Positions 47,234-59,237 of a DNA stretch of 64,000 bases are shown piece after piece. Positions within the stretch are counted from its first letter, which is position 1, and each line of letters begins with the position of its first letter. The position numbers and the translations under genes were made by a program. The notes beneath the pieces are model-generated. The model had not been told where the DNA came from and ran no database searches. It was given only the letters and a program-made list of their open reading frames with translations. The DNA is from Phallusia mammillata (taxonomy: Eukaryota), in NCBI GenBank assembly GCA_965637545.1, contig OZ281496.1, positions 20,770,001-20,834,000 on the forward strand, given 5' to 3'.

Positions 47234-50200
47234 GCATATTTCCAAAATGTAATCTATTTCGCATATGGGGCTTTTTTAACCAATCACAGGTATCGTTTTC
47301 ACCGCCGCTTCGTCAGTCCAAACCAATCAGAGAACACTTTGCTTTTGACCAATCACAGGACACGATGCGTGACAACCATGCAATCAACTTATTTTAAATT
47401 TTAAGTTCCGTTTCGCAGGTGTAGCTTGTTTTCATTAGCATTGCTTAGAGTTATGCCATTTTAAGCATATGTATGTAGTTTTAATGGTAATAGCATTGTT
47501 TAGAGTAATACCAGTGTAAGCATACTATGCATGTAGTTTTATTATAGTAATGGTAATTAAATTTAAAAAAACTGAACTTGAGTTGTTGTGTAGGCAAAAC
47601 CATAGACCTAGTTGCAGCTAAAACTCAAAAAATAGAAGCACAACATTTCGTAGAAGCACTTGTTTGGTAGTAACAAAAGAAAGAACCGAAATGTTTTTTG
47701 GAGGAAAAAAACTTCAGCAGAAGAATAGTCAAATTGGCTTGGATATAGTGGACAGTCTTTCTGCAGATGTGAAATATCACATGTGAAATCTCTAAAACAA
47801 GCTGGAATTCCAAGTTGTCTTTGTACCAGCAAAAAATTATCCAAATTTGACCTTGAATTTTTGTCAAAAAATTGGTTTGGTCAACCAATCTGACGACTGG
47901 GGGTTGGTCCAAATTTTGACCGTGTATCAAGCCAAATTGGGGTTGCTATGTCAATGAAATTACCCAAAATTTGAGCCCTAATTTATACCGATTTAATTTC
48001 CAATGAATGTGTATCAAACATTTTTTAGTACTAAAAAATTCCAACATAAAACCAGTGCAATTAAATTCAACACTCTATGCCTTATATCTATAAATGTTTA
48101 AGTCAAACTTAACACCGAGGCAACTTAACAAATGCAATCAAATAGGACCAAGTTGCTTGTAACAGATGAAGAAGTGCAGTTGCCAACAACCACTCTTATC
48201 CAAAGCACACTATTTCAGGATTGAGTGCTGTATCATTGTAGGACATTTATTGTTGCCGCATGGAAGTATGCTTAAGCCTCAGCATTTTCGACGATGTTTG
48301 TGTCATTATTAATTTGATCATGAACATATCATAACATAATAGAACAATCTTCACAAGAGATTGTATATATTTATGTATCAAATCTGATAAAAAAAGAACC
48401 TCTACATTGCCAAAACTATCAAACTTCGGAAAGGATAGACTACAGAAAAAGTCTGGCTGCCCTGACACAAGCATTTCAAAATGTATGTGTAAAGTATAAT
48501 TGGGGTATAAGAAAAGTTATTTCAGATTGACACAGTGCATTCCAAAAATGTTTTAATCTGTATGTATTGTCTCAAAAGATTATAAAAAGTATTGTTTTCA
48601 TATTGGTGATAAAATGTGATTAATGTTTGTTTAATAGAAATGAAATGGTTTTGGATATTTGTGGAAAGAAACGAAACAAATTAAAATTGACTGCTTGCTT
48701 ATGGTTAAACACTATGCCTGCCTTTTTTAAAGTCATCATTATGCTTGCCATTTTCCAGTTTATTAATTACACATATACGACCACAAGACTCATGAAGGCA
48801 GTGCAATTCAGGAGGCTTATACAGGACACTTTAATGGATACACTGTAGAAAATGAAAACTTTGGTGTACTGGGTAAATTGGTAGTGAACAAAAAGGTTTT
48901 TCAGGCCTAATTTTTTTTAATGACAACAAGGTCAAGGCAACCAGTAGTTTTGATACCAATATAAACAACACTAGTTTTTGACAAGGATATTAATGTGAGT
49001 TTTCCAACATGTTTATACAATCTATACCAAAATCTAAAATAGAATGATGGTATTTCATTTTGTTATTTCCAACTATTGACCACGAAAGCTTTCGTTTACA
49101 CATTTTAAATATCTTTTACAGAACCTCAGGATTTGATACATGTGTTTTGCCCCACCATAACTTAAATGTGTGCTTTTTGGAAGGAGGTGCAGAGGCAATT
49201 ATTGTTCTGTACTTGCCAAAAACAATTTTAGGACAGATTGGAGAGTTCAACAAATCAACTGACGTGGGCCTATATGCTATTAAAAAAACTAAATGCAAAA
49301 AATAGCGCCCACAAACACTTCGTTACAAGAAAATAACACAGTATTTGAACTGGGTATTTGTATAATCCAAAGGTTGTTAACAACAAAAGATGTCAACTCA
49401 TTACAGATTGATAGTACACTGCAAAAAATAATGGCTCACTATTGAGTCATAAGGACCAACCTTTAACTGTACTGACTCATTTTTTGACTGGAAATGAGCC
49501 GAAACCATTTTTAATTTTCAGCCAACAAACTTTCAGTGTGAAAGTAGAAACATGGCTCATTACAAGCCGATACTGGATTGATATAAGCCATGTTTAAAAA
49601 GATTTTTAAAATGGGCCATTCCAAACCATTTTTGGCTTGAATTCAGCCATTTTATTTTTTGACTTCATAGCTAGCTAATTTTTTTTGCAGTGTAAGATTA
49701 TACTGCTGATTACTGTAAACATTTTGGAAGTTTAAGCAGTATGTTGATTTCAGATATTTATGTCATTTAAAAGTAGCTTTAAATATAAAAGACCAGCCCT
49801 CATTGTTGCCATTACATACAACTTAAAGCATTGCATTTTAGTAAACATGAACACTTCTATCTTGCTGCTTGCTTTATCCGCGCTGTTGTTTTCACGATGC
49901 GATGGAAAACAAAATTGCATATATTTCTCTGAAAGTAGCCTGCATGTGTGCTGCTGTGCATAATATCAGTAATTTTACAAAGAGAAAAATATAATCAGTC
50001 TAGTTTATTGCAATACATTATATACTGGTCATTACCTGCACTTTTGTACTGAATGCTTCCATTTTCGCCATATTTTCAAAATAAAATATTATTTTGACTT
50101 GAAAAAGCAGTGACGACCTTACAACATCGAAAATGCGCAAAGTAAACCACTACGCAACGGCCTACGTGACGTAACGAAAGTCCGCAAAAATGTGTCCCTC

Positions 50201-50253
50201 TGATTGGTTAAAAAAGCCCCATATGCGAAATAGATTACATTTTGGAAATATGC
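47234..50253. mobile_element. Non-autonomous Mutator/MULE-like element, 3.0 kb
   Basis: 53-bp perfect TIR (47234-47286 / 50201-50253, starts GCATATTTCCAAAATGTAATC) and perfect 9-bp TSD CATCCTCGC; no transposase ORF seen. Confidence 0.88.
49417..49692. mobile_element. Short TIR element with CACTGC ends flanked by TA (possibly CMC/EnSpm-like), inside the MULE
   Basis: TA-CACTGCAAAAAA ... TTTTTTGCAGTG-TA; internal ATGGCTCA / TGAGCC repeats. Confidence 0.7.
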
Positions 50254-51957
50254 CATCCTCGCACCCCCTAGGAACATTTCTCGCACCCCTTGGGGGTGTG
50301 CACACCCCTGGTTAAGAACCCCTGACATAACCTGAGCGCCCACGCCATAGTAAATGAATGATGGAATACATTACGATTCACGCGTATAACATGATTGTTG
50401 GTGGTGTAATCCTATCGTGTAACAACGTGAAGTTTTTGGCTTTTAAATTAACATGTTTGTTTAAAAAAGGTGCGAGGTAATTAATGTTTAAGTGATATAA
50501 ATATATAGTTATTTTTTATAAAACATACATGCAAAAACACGAAAAATGTGTCTATTGAGCTAAGAAACACAAAACCAATTAGTAGGCTACACATCTTTGC
50601 TTTCCAAAACAATATTTTGTCATGACGTTGTTAAACTTGCTTAGTGTGAGTTACTTATTCTACTAACTTTTCGTTTATAAACCTAAATTAGTTTTTAAAA
50701 ATACTGGAAAGACTGGTGGAAAACTAGCATGTTCGCGATAAATGGATACGTTTGTATAAAAATAGGTTCATATAGTGTAATGTGATTCTTGACTTGTTGG
50801 TGTAGTGGGACTCTTCACAGGACAAAACACGAAATCAGTGCTTTGAAATATATGCTTTATGTTACATTAGCCTACACACAATAGGTGTAGATCGCATGGT
50901 TACATAACGATCTCAATACCAATTGGTCGATTACGTAGTGTTGTGCTTGTTTACTAATAAAATTGGCAAAACAAAGAACCTTCTATTTAATTAGGGGACA
51001 AGAAAACATAACCTTTTGTACAAGCGCAATCACGCTATCCAAACGCCTACGTAATTGTAAATAAATTATAGAAATACGATTCACGCGCATTATATGTTAT
51101 AATTTGTCCGTGGTTTAATCCTATCATGTAACAAAGTTTATGGTTTGTAAACGTGTTTGTCAAAATAAGGGTGTGAAGTATTTAAATATACCCTGACTTA
51201 AATATAAGTGTATAGTTTATTTTTAAAAACGTACGTGTAAAATACGCCACAAAACACACAAAATGTGTCCAGTGTATTTAATGCTATGTTAACACAAAAT
51301 CATTAACATATACTGCCATGTGATCTAAATAAAATCTTTTAAAAATTAGCGTTTAACGTAAAAGATTTTAGGCTATGAAATTACCATACTAATCATCACG
51401 CAACCAAAAACAACAACCTACGCACCACGATGGGGAAATACCCAAACACCTCTTTACGAACTTCAACCATTCGGCAATAATTATTACCTTGTCCCGTCAT
51501 AAATCCGTGTAGCTGACCGTTGTCTGTGTGAAGAGGCGTAATAATTCGATTGTTTAGCTTCAAAATTATATGAGAAATTCGCGGGTTTAAATCTTTGATG
51601 TTGATTCGTTCCGAATGTTTATTTATTTATATTCAAAGCAATCTGAACAAAACCGTCAAAGAGCGAATCATCACGTAATATTGCTGGATTTTGGTATAAA
51701 AGACCTGCCTAAGTTTTGGAAAAGCATCAGTCTCAGTTTGCAGACAACGAGATGAGAAAAAGTCGAGCTTTGCAAGCGACAACAAGATGAAAAATTAAAG
51801 TAGAGTGACTTAAAAAACAGTTTTAACAAAGTTTACACCGATCAATCGGTTTATTCTGGATCCGAAATTTTGTTTTCAGCATGGTGCTAAATTTCATTAT
51901 TTTTACAGAAATACAACTGTCAAGTGTAAACTGTTCGTAAAAATACAAAAACGAAAC

Positions 51958-54900
51958 ATGAAGATCTTCATCTGCCTGGCGACTGCCTGTCTCCAGTTTT
52001 TCGTTCTGTCCAAAGCTTGTGGTAAGCAAAATGTGTATAATTAACTAGTGCTAACCATGACCATAATTTAGCCAAAAGCGTACACTTTGCCTTAAATTTA
52101 TTGTACGTGAAAGAAATCCTTGAAAGTGTGAAATTCATGTTAAAAATTTGCTCCAGTTAAATTAAAATTCATCTTGAAATACAGACCCAGATTGCAAGGA
52201 CAAAGTCACCAACTGTGATTTGGATGTCATTACCCAAAACTGTCAAAATCCCTTCATCGGTTACTTTGTCAGAACCAGGTGTCCTGCTGCATGTAAAGTG
52301 TGTACGCCATGTGCACCTGTCCAACCCAGATCTTGTACACCAGGTATGAAACATCAAAGAGTTGGACTATTGTATATTTTCAAAGAATAAAACAAGGAGA
52401 TAAAAAACAAATTTTGTACATCAAAACCATATTGATAAATGTTTCGACCTATAAGATCTCAATACTGCAGCTGGCCGTATATGCGCTAGTGTTGCCAAAA
52501 CAAATTAAAATCTGAAGTAAATGTAACTGTGGTCTGAAATGGCAGTGTAAGTTAGTTTTTCCGAAAGCTGCCCAGATGGCCATTATGACTGAAAAGGTTA
52601 AATTTGAGATAACTTAAAACGACCCTTGCAGAAAACGACCCTTGTCAAGACAAGTCTAAAAACTGTTACCTGTTTGCCCCCACTCACTGTCAATCTTCCA
52701 ATCCCATCACAAAAGCATTGGTTAAAAGGAATTGTAAAAAATCTTGTCGACTTTGCACACCCTGTGAATCTCTTCTTGAACCACCACCTTGTGACCCAGG
52801 TAAGAAAAAGTTGCTAAACTATTTATAACTTACCATTTTAAATATTCATTCCGACGATTATTTAATTTTTTTGAAAGCGTTGTTGATTATTTATAATTTA
52901 AATCCGCAGAAATATACCAAAGGAACTTATTTTCAATTCAAAGTAAAAACACTAAATTTTTGTTTTACATGACAAATTTCACTATGAATTTCCAAATAAG
53001 AAAAGATTTACAACAAGCCTATAATGAACATGTATACTTGCCTTACTTAAAATTTACTTCCATTAAAATCATTTTTGTGTCTTTCTAGAATGCGCCGACA
53101 AACTGACCGAGTGTCCACCATGGTCTGAAGGAGGTTATTGCAAGAATCCTTTGCACGCGAAATTTATGAAGAAAAACTGCCCACTTAGTTGTGGTGTATG
53201 TACTCAATGTCTACTCGTAAGACCCCCTAAAGTTCCTCAGCCAGAAATACGACCACCACAACCTGTCACAACCACGGAACCAGTGGTTATCGTTACCACG
53301 GAAGAGCCAGCACCAGAAACCACCATGCAATCAGTCGTAACTACTGCTTCAGCACCACAAACAACCGGACGATCAGTAAGAACCACGGCGCCAAAGCCAG
53401 AAACAACACCACAAATGACCGGTAAGTAATCTAAAAAATAATATAACGACTATACGTCTTTTTTTGCTAAACCAGAATTTAAACTAGAATCTCCCAGTTC
53501 GTTGCTTTGTGCATGAAGACTACAAAGAACCTAATGCTTATTGATTTAAAATTAATAAAACATCAAATCATTCACCCTTATGAGTTCAAGAAATTTTATC
53601 AGTTCCGGCATTGTCGGTATCTTAATAAGATATATATCTTGAACTTGATGTTTAATACAGTTGAGAATTCTCGGAATTTATGATTTTTACATGAAAACTA
53701 TAATAGCAATTTTCACTTCAGGTTCCTCACCTAAATGCATCAGAGGCGAAGCGAGAGAAGCCCACGTTTCTACTCAATGTCTGAACGCTCACAACTACTA
53801 TCGGTGCCTGCACGGTTCCAAGCCATTGAAATACGACTACAGACTCCAAAAAAGTGCTGAGAATTACGCCAAGAAGCTCGCACAGATGGGTTCCGTCACA
53901 AACCTCGAATCCTCTATAATCGGTAAAGAAGCCGGGATGTCTACTATACTTTATTTAAATTACCTGAGTGCAACATTCGCAAAAATTTCTTATGTATATC
54001 GCTTTGGAATGGCAACATTTTATACCTACGCAAGCGTTGGAACAAAATATTATGTTTTTGCAGTCAACCATTATTGCTAACTTTTAATTTTGCATTTTGT
54101 TTCATGAAGGACTTGACCGTGCTGATGTAATTGGCGAGAACCTGGCCGCTTCAACTGATAAAGATTATTCAATTAGTCAGGCAATTACTGCGTGGTACGC
54201 CGAAAGTATGACATACAACTACGGAATAGAAGAGGTAGAAGAAGCTTCAGGTACGTTTCTCCCTACAACTGATATTTTTTTTCAAAAATTTAGATTTCTC
54301 AAAAAGAGTCAAAATTTGTAGCTTACTTGTAAAAGTAAAAAAAATCGTTGATCTCTTAATTCTTGTCGTTTCAAAATGATCGTTTTCTTCGCAGCTCATT
54401 TCACCCAGATGATTTGGAACGAAACCAAAAGTATCGGTTGTGCCCTACGCAAAGTAAACAACAAGATCTTCGCAGTTGTTCATTACGAAGTAGGCGGAAA
54501 TGAACCGGGTTTCTTTATTGACAACGTCGGCATCCCCAATGAAGGTAAATATAATTCCTAATGGTATAATTAGACATCTCAACATAAGGTATGTAAAAGT
54601 GTTTGAAACACTATAGGTAATCGTTACGCATTCAAGCTTTCAGAAAATATATTTGAAGGTACAGAAAAAAGTATTTGATTATTTGAGGATATTAACATAT
54701 TTTGCACTTTATTGTTGTATCAGGGGGTTAGCAAATGTCTAATAGTTTCATTTCATACATTAAGGCCTAAATTTAAATTGACTAAAAATGCACGATAAGT
54801 TTAAATAGGTGTTCTGCTTAAAAGGTTTTCGGGTTGAATTTTGGATGTTAAAAATGTTAAAGCTTTTTTAAACCACGCAACTATATTTTTGCAGATGTTT

Positions 54901-55142
54901 GTCAAATTGATTGCAATAATGGATACTGCCAGGGAAATGAAGGCAAACATTCCTGCCAATGCGATTCCCGAGAAGGAGGTTACGACGCCCCTATGTGCGC
55001 TGAACGATGCGTGGTACAATGTCCAAAACCACAGGGGCACACTGGACAGTGGATGAGCTCATGTGAAGGAAGGTTTCTTTGTACTTGTTCTAAGAAACCA
55101 ATCCCAGAGCGTAATATTCATGCTGGTGCTTTTTGTCGCTAA
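51958..55142 (+). CDS. Gene D: secreted ShKx3-CAP-Cys12 protein with a long mucin-like Pro/Thr linker
   Basis: Exons 51958-52021, 52185-52343, 52632-52799, 53089-53421, 53722-53922, 54110-54250, 54395-54544, 54895-55142. Signal MKIFICLATACLQFFVLSKA; CPAACKVC, CKKSCRLC, CPLSCGVC; AHNYYRCLH, IGENLAA, HFTQMIW. TATAAAAG near 51695. Confidence 0.92.
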
Positions 55143-56273
55143 TTTTGCAGTGTTTCGCACACATATTGTTAAAGTTAATTGGTTTTTACGTTCTGATATT
55201 TGGATTTGGACTCAAATGAAACTTTGTAAAATCTTTTTAAAAAAATCTATTCCGCTGCTATTGATTTCATGCTGTAACATAAATTATTTAACTTATTTGT
55301 TTGTGTTTTGAACTGCGTTCGCGCAAATAAATAAAACTATTTAATCGTATTTAATTATTGTTAACTCTTTGCTCGATATGAAAGGTATCAAAGTTAATTC
55401 AAATGGTTTTATCCATGACAATTAGGCGAAGGCTAAAATGATAGTAATTGACAAAATATCTGCCTTTATTTCTTGAAATTCAATTGTTCAAACAATTTGT
55501 AGCAGTAGCGGTGTAACAAACGTATCGGAAAGACAAAAAACATAATCGTAGTGATAATTGGTTCAACAAAACCCGTTTCAGATAGGAAAGTAGGCTTTTG
55601 TGGAACGAGTTATTCTCTTTCGTTTTATCACAACAAAAACGACAATCGTTGGCCCACAAAAATATTAAAATGTCTTCTTATAAAATGTACCAAAACACTT
55701 TTTGAACCAGTTTTATGCATGCAAATTCTGAATGACCAGGTGAAATTTATGCTAATTGTTACGAAAATACATTACTTTGCAAAAAGCAAAGTATAACTTT
55801 AGGTTGGTGACTCGGCCTATAGTTTTCATAAGATGTATATTTAGCTTGGACCGCGAGTATCCGAGAAAATTAAAGGAATTTAGGTGACTCTGTCACAGAA
55901 GTTTATTTGCCTAAATTCATTGTTTTTTGAAGTTTCATGCCGAGCAGAATACCATTACAGTGTTCGATTTATGTTAATGGTGTCTGAAGAGTCTCAAACA
56001 TAACTGCGTCACTACAAATCAAAAAGGTATACCACCGTCCTTAACCTCCCAAGCTCCTGAGCTTGTCAGGACCGAGTCCTGGAACCTCCACACAAGTCTC
56101 TTGCACTTCGGTTCGTTTGTTTATTACTTATGAAAGGCACAAGAAAGAATAGGAAGAGAAGAGATCGAAATGAAACAGTGTGGTTTTACATATACCCCGG
56201 ATAAAGGCGTTAAATCATACACATGTGCTCTTGCCATTGGCTCTTGCACAATTTCCACACAAAGAAGCGTCCA

Positions 56274-57706
56274 ATCACAGCACAGGACAAAACATACGGT
56301 AGAAGTTCGCAAACACCAGATCACAATGTCGCATTTACTTAATTAACTGCGACAGGAGGTCCGAAACATGATTTGTCAATAAAGTTGGATTTGGTCGCTA
56401 CACATTTTAACTTCCTCGCAAGCTTTGAGCTAGCGAGTCAATACGAGCTATTTTGGTAAACAACTATAGCAAAGTTTGCACAAATTATGTCGCAATCGCT
56501 ACACCAAAACGTCAAAAGAAAATCATTATCTCCAATGTTAATTACATTTAATTGGCTTACGGTAACATGTATACTTATTTTGTAATATTGTTTATATTGT
56601 GGGAACACTTTATTTAAAACAGCAGGTAGTCCTGAAGTCCTTATTGCAACTCTGTAATATTTAGAATGAGAAACTATAGGTTATATTCTGGTTCCTGATG
56701 GTCTTTAAATGGCTGGCACTGGTCCATTGGTTGCTGGAAGAGAGCAAGGGGCACACACATGGCAAGATTTTGGGCAAAGTCTTCTGATGGAACCTCTCAA
56801 GTTGTTGTCATGGCAAAACTTCGGCGCGTAAAACGCCGGGCACAGTCTGTTTTTGTCAACACAGGTGTCGTTTTCTGCACGAATAACATGTTTCTTGTTA
56901 GCCATTTTTAATAACTTCTTTTTAGTTTTAGCCTAAAATTACTCCGATTCCCAGCAGTTACATTAAATGCGTTAGTCAGTTGTAATAAACTCACTATCTA
57001 ATCTTAAACAATGTACATACCACAGTTTTCTTTTCCATGCAGCACCTAGTAATGAGCGGACAGTAGCTTGAAAAGTGCAATTTCCGAGAGCGACAAGAGA
57101 CAGAAGGATAAAAAGCTTCATTTTTTAGCGAATTTGTTAATTTGAAGGCGATAAAAAACTTTTGCAAGCCCAGTATAAGATCGTTTTTCACGAGTTTTTG
57201 AAATAAATGGCATAGAAATATCGAAAATAAAAAATAATTTTTAATTCTGATCTTGGTTATTTTAACTACAAACTCTACATCCGCGAACTGAGTTTAAAAC
57301 TATCACAGCACAGAACAAAACATACGATAAAAGTTCGCAAACACCAGATCACAAAGTCGCATTTACTTTCTTATTAACTGCGACAGGAAGCCCGAACATG
57401 ATTTGTCAAAATAGTTTGGTCGCTACACATTTTAACTTCCTCGCAAGCTTTGAGCTAGCGAGTCAATACGAGCTATTTCGGTAAACAACTATTGCAAAGT
57501 TTGCACAAATTACGTCGCAATCGCTACACCATAACGTCAAAAGAAAATCACTATCTCGAATGTTAATTACATTTAATTGGCTTACGGTAACATGTATAGC
57601 CTACTTATTTTGTAATATTATCTATAATGTGGGAACACTTTATTTGAAACAGCGGGTAGTCCTTATTGCAACTCTGTAATATGTAGGATAAGGAACTATA
57701 AGTTAC
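56274..57706 (+). repeat. Direct repeat pair of about 410 bp (56274-56686 and 57302-57706)
   Basis: Both start ATCACAGCACAG(G/A)ACAAAACATACG and align with scattered differences through TTGCAACTCTGTAATAT..GAA(A)CTATA. Confidence 0.9.
56688..56874 (-). pseudogene. Relic of a gene E paralogue: ShK2 exon fused to the linker part of the next exon, with a premature stop
   Basis: ENDTCVDKNRLCPAFYAPKFCH..CPKSCHVCAPCSLP matches 63932-63790, then LPATNGPVPAI*RPSGTR matches LPATRKPLPATQRPAATR (about 63380-63328). Confidence 0.8.
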
Positions 57707-57927
57707 ACTGGCTGTTGCATAAATATTACGTGGCAACACTTGCTTATAAACTTTAATTTTTCTTGGTTGAACTTTCTTGTGTTACCCATACAGAACTCTT
57801 CGAAGCTCCATAAACGCGTCATATACGAATAGAACTAATCCGTGCCAAGAATGTACAATACATGATCTTAATTGTACCATTTTCATTTAGCTGTTATCTA
57901 CTAAAGTAAACTTACGTACCTTAGCAG

Positions 57928-58434
57928 CAGTGTTTCATACCGGAACGGAACGGTACGTTATACCGGAACGAAATAAATAATTTTTGGCTCAAATACCGGA
58001 ACGAAATACCGAAATAAAAAAAATTCAAGATACCGGAACGGAACGAAATAGGCTACCGTTATTTTTTATTCCGGTATTTCGTTCTGGACATTTATTATGA
58101 AACAATTGCTGAAAATTTCGCGCCGTTGAACTATAATAAAAATTGAAGCTCCACAATTTACATCCGTTTGACCATCATTGACAAATGTTATGTGACGTAA
58201 CAACTACCGACAATAATTGTTGTGTGTTGCAACTTTTTTTTCGTTTTCGCTTAATAGTTGTAAAGACCACAAAGAAATGTTTTTTTGTTAAGACCGAAAT
58301 ACCGAAAAATACCGTTATAATTTTATTTCGGTCAGACCGGAACGAAATGAAAATATCGGTCCAGAACGAAATAAATAATTTGCTCAGAACGAATAACGTT
58401 ATTTGATTTCGTTCCGTTCCGGTATGAAACACTG
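57928..58434. mobile_element. hAT MITE with TACCGGAACG subterminal repeats
   Basis: 25-bp perfect TIR CAGTGTTTCATACCGGAACGGAACG, 8-bp TSD CTTAGCAG. Confidence 0.93.
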
Positions 58435-58829
58435 CTTAGCAGTAAAGGTACCTGCACCACAGTTTGGGACAAACTATTGTTAGAAAGATTGAGTTACCGG
58501 CTACGCCTGTTTACACTGAGTTTGGTAACTGCACGAAGCAAACGTGGCTTACTTGTATTGAATTAAAGGTTTCCTGACACTTCAAATGAAGCCAACATCA
58601 ACACTTACAGGTTGCCTTATAGCAGGGGTCGCCTTCCCGCGGCTCCAGATCGGCATGCGCCTCTTTGATCCCTCTGATGCATGCCATTTTTTAAAAATTC
58701 CCAGATGTTTTGAATACACATTCTGTGACACAAAGTCGAAAAATGTGACACAAAGTCGAAAATGAAAATTGCATTGCAATAACATGAGCCAAACCGATTA
58801 CAGTAGCTACAATTAACCACGTCTATACC

Positions 58830-59013
58830 CAGTGGTGGGATTCAGCTGGTTCGCACCGGTTCTGTACAATCAACCGTCTCACGAAATTTTATAAGATCCG
58901 CGAACCGGTTAGCGTTACCGGTTACTGTCAATGGACTTTTTGTAACAGGACCGGCTGAAAAATAAGACTTTTGTGATAGGACCGACTGACAAAAAAATTG
59001 AATCCTACCACTG
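58830..59013. mobile_element. hAT-type MITE
   Basis: TIR CAGTGGTGGGATTCA / TGAATCCTACCACTG, internal AACCGG motifs; right TSD disturbed by the adjacent insertion. Confidence 0.75.
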
Positions 59014-59020
59014 TCTACTG

Positions 59021-59237
59021 CAGGGGTTCTTAACCTGGGGTGCACGCACCCCCAAGGGGTGCGAGAACTGTTCCTAGGGGGTGCGGGGATGCTGAATCAT
59101 TAAGGTTGGTTAGGTCTATTCTATTTAAGCAATTACAGAAGGGGGAGCGAAAATTGGTCAGTGATTTGAAAGGGGGTGCGAAAATTGGTTGGTGATTTGA
59201 AAGGGGTGCAGCAAGGAAAAAAGGTTAAGAACCACTG
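59021..59237. mobile_element. hAT MITE (GGGGTGC-rich)
   Basis: TIR CAGGGGTTCTTAACCT / AGGTTAAGAACCACTG, 8-bp TSD GTCTACTG. Confidence 0.92.

Larger units (their letters stand above)
47109..50324. mobile_element. hAT MITE of about 200 bp (same family as 59021-59237, opposite orientation), split by a MULE-like insertion
   Basis: Ends CAGTGGTTTTTAACC / GGTTAAGAACCCCTG; the two halves join to match the reverse complement of 59021-59237; flanks ACTTAAAC / ACATAACC (6/8). Confidence 0.85.

Noticed and set aside
58440-58560. Degraded ShK-like exon on the minus strand (TGTCCCAAAC-TGTGGTGCA, CPK.CGA)
   Set aside because: Needs a frameshift and lacks the upstream cysteines; too weak to call.
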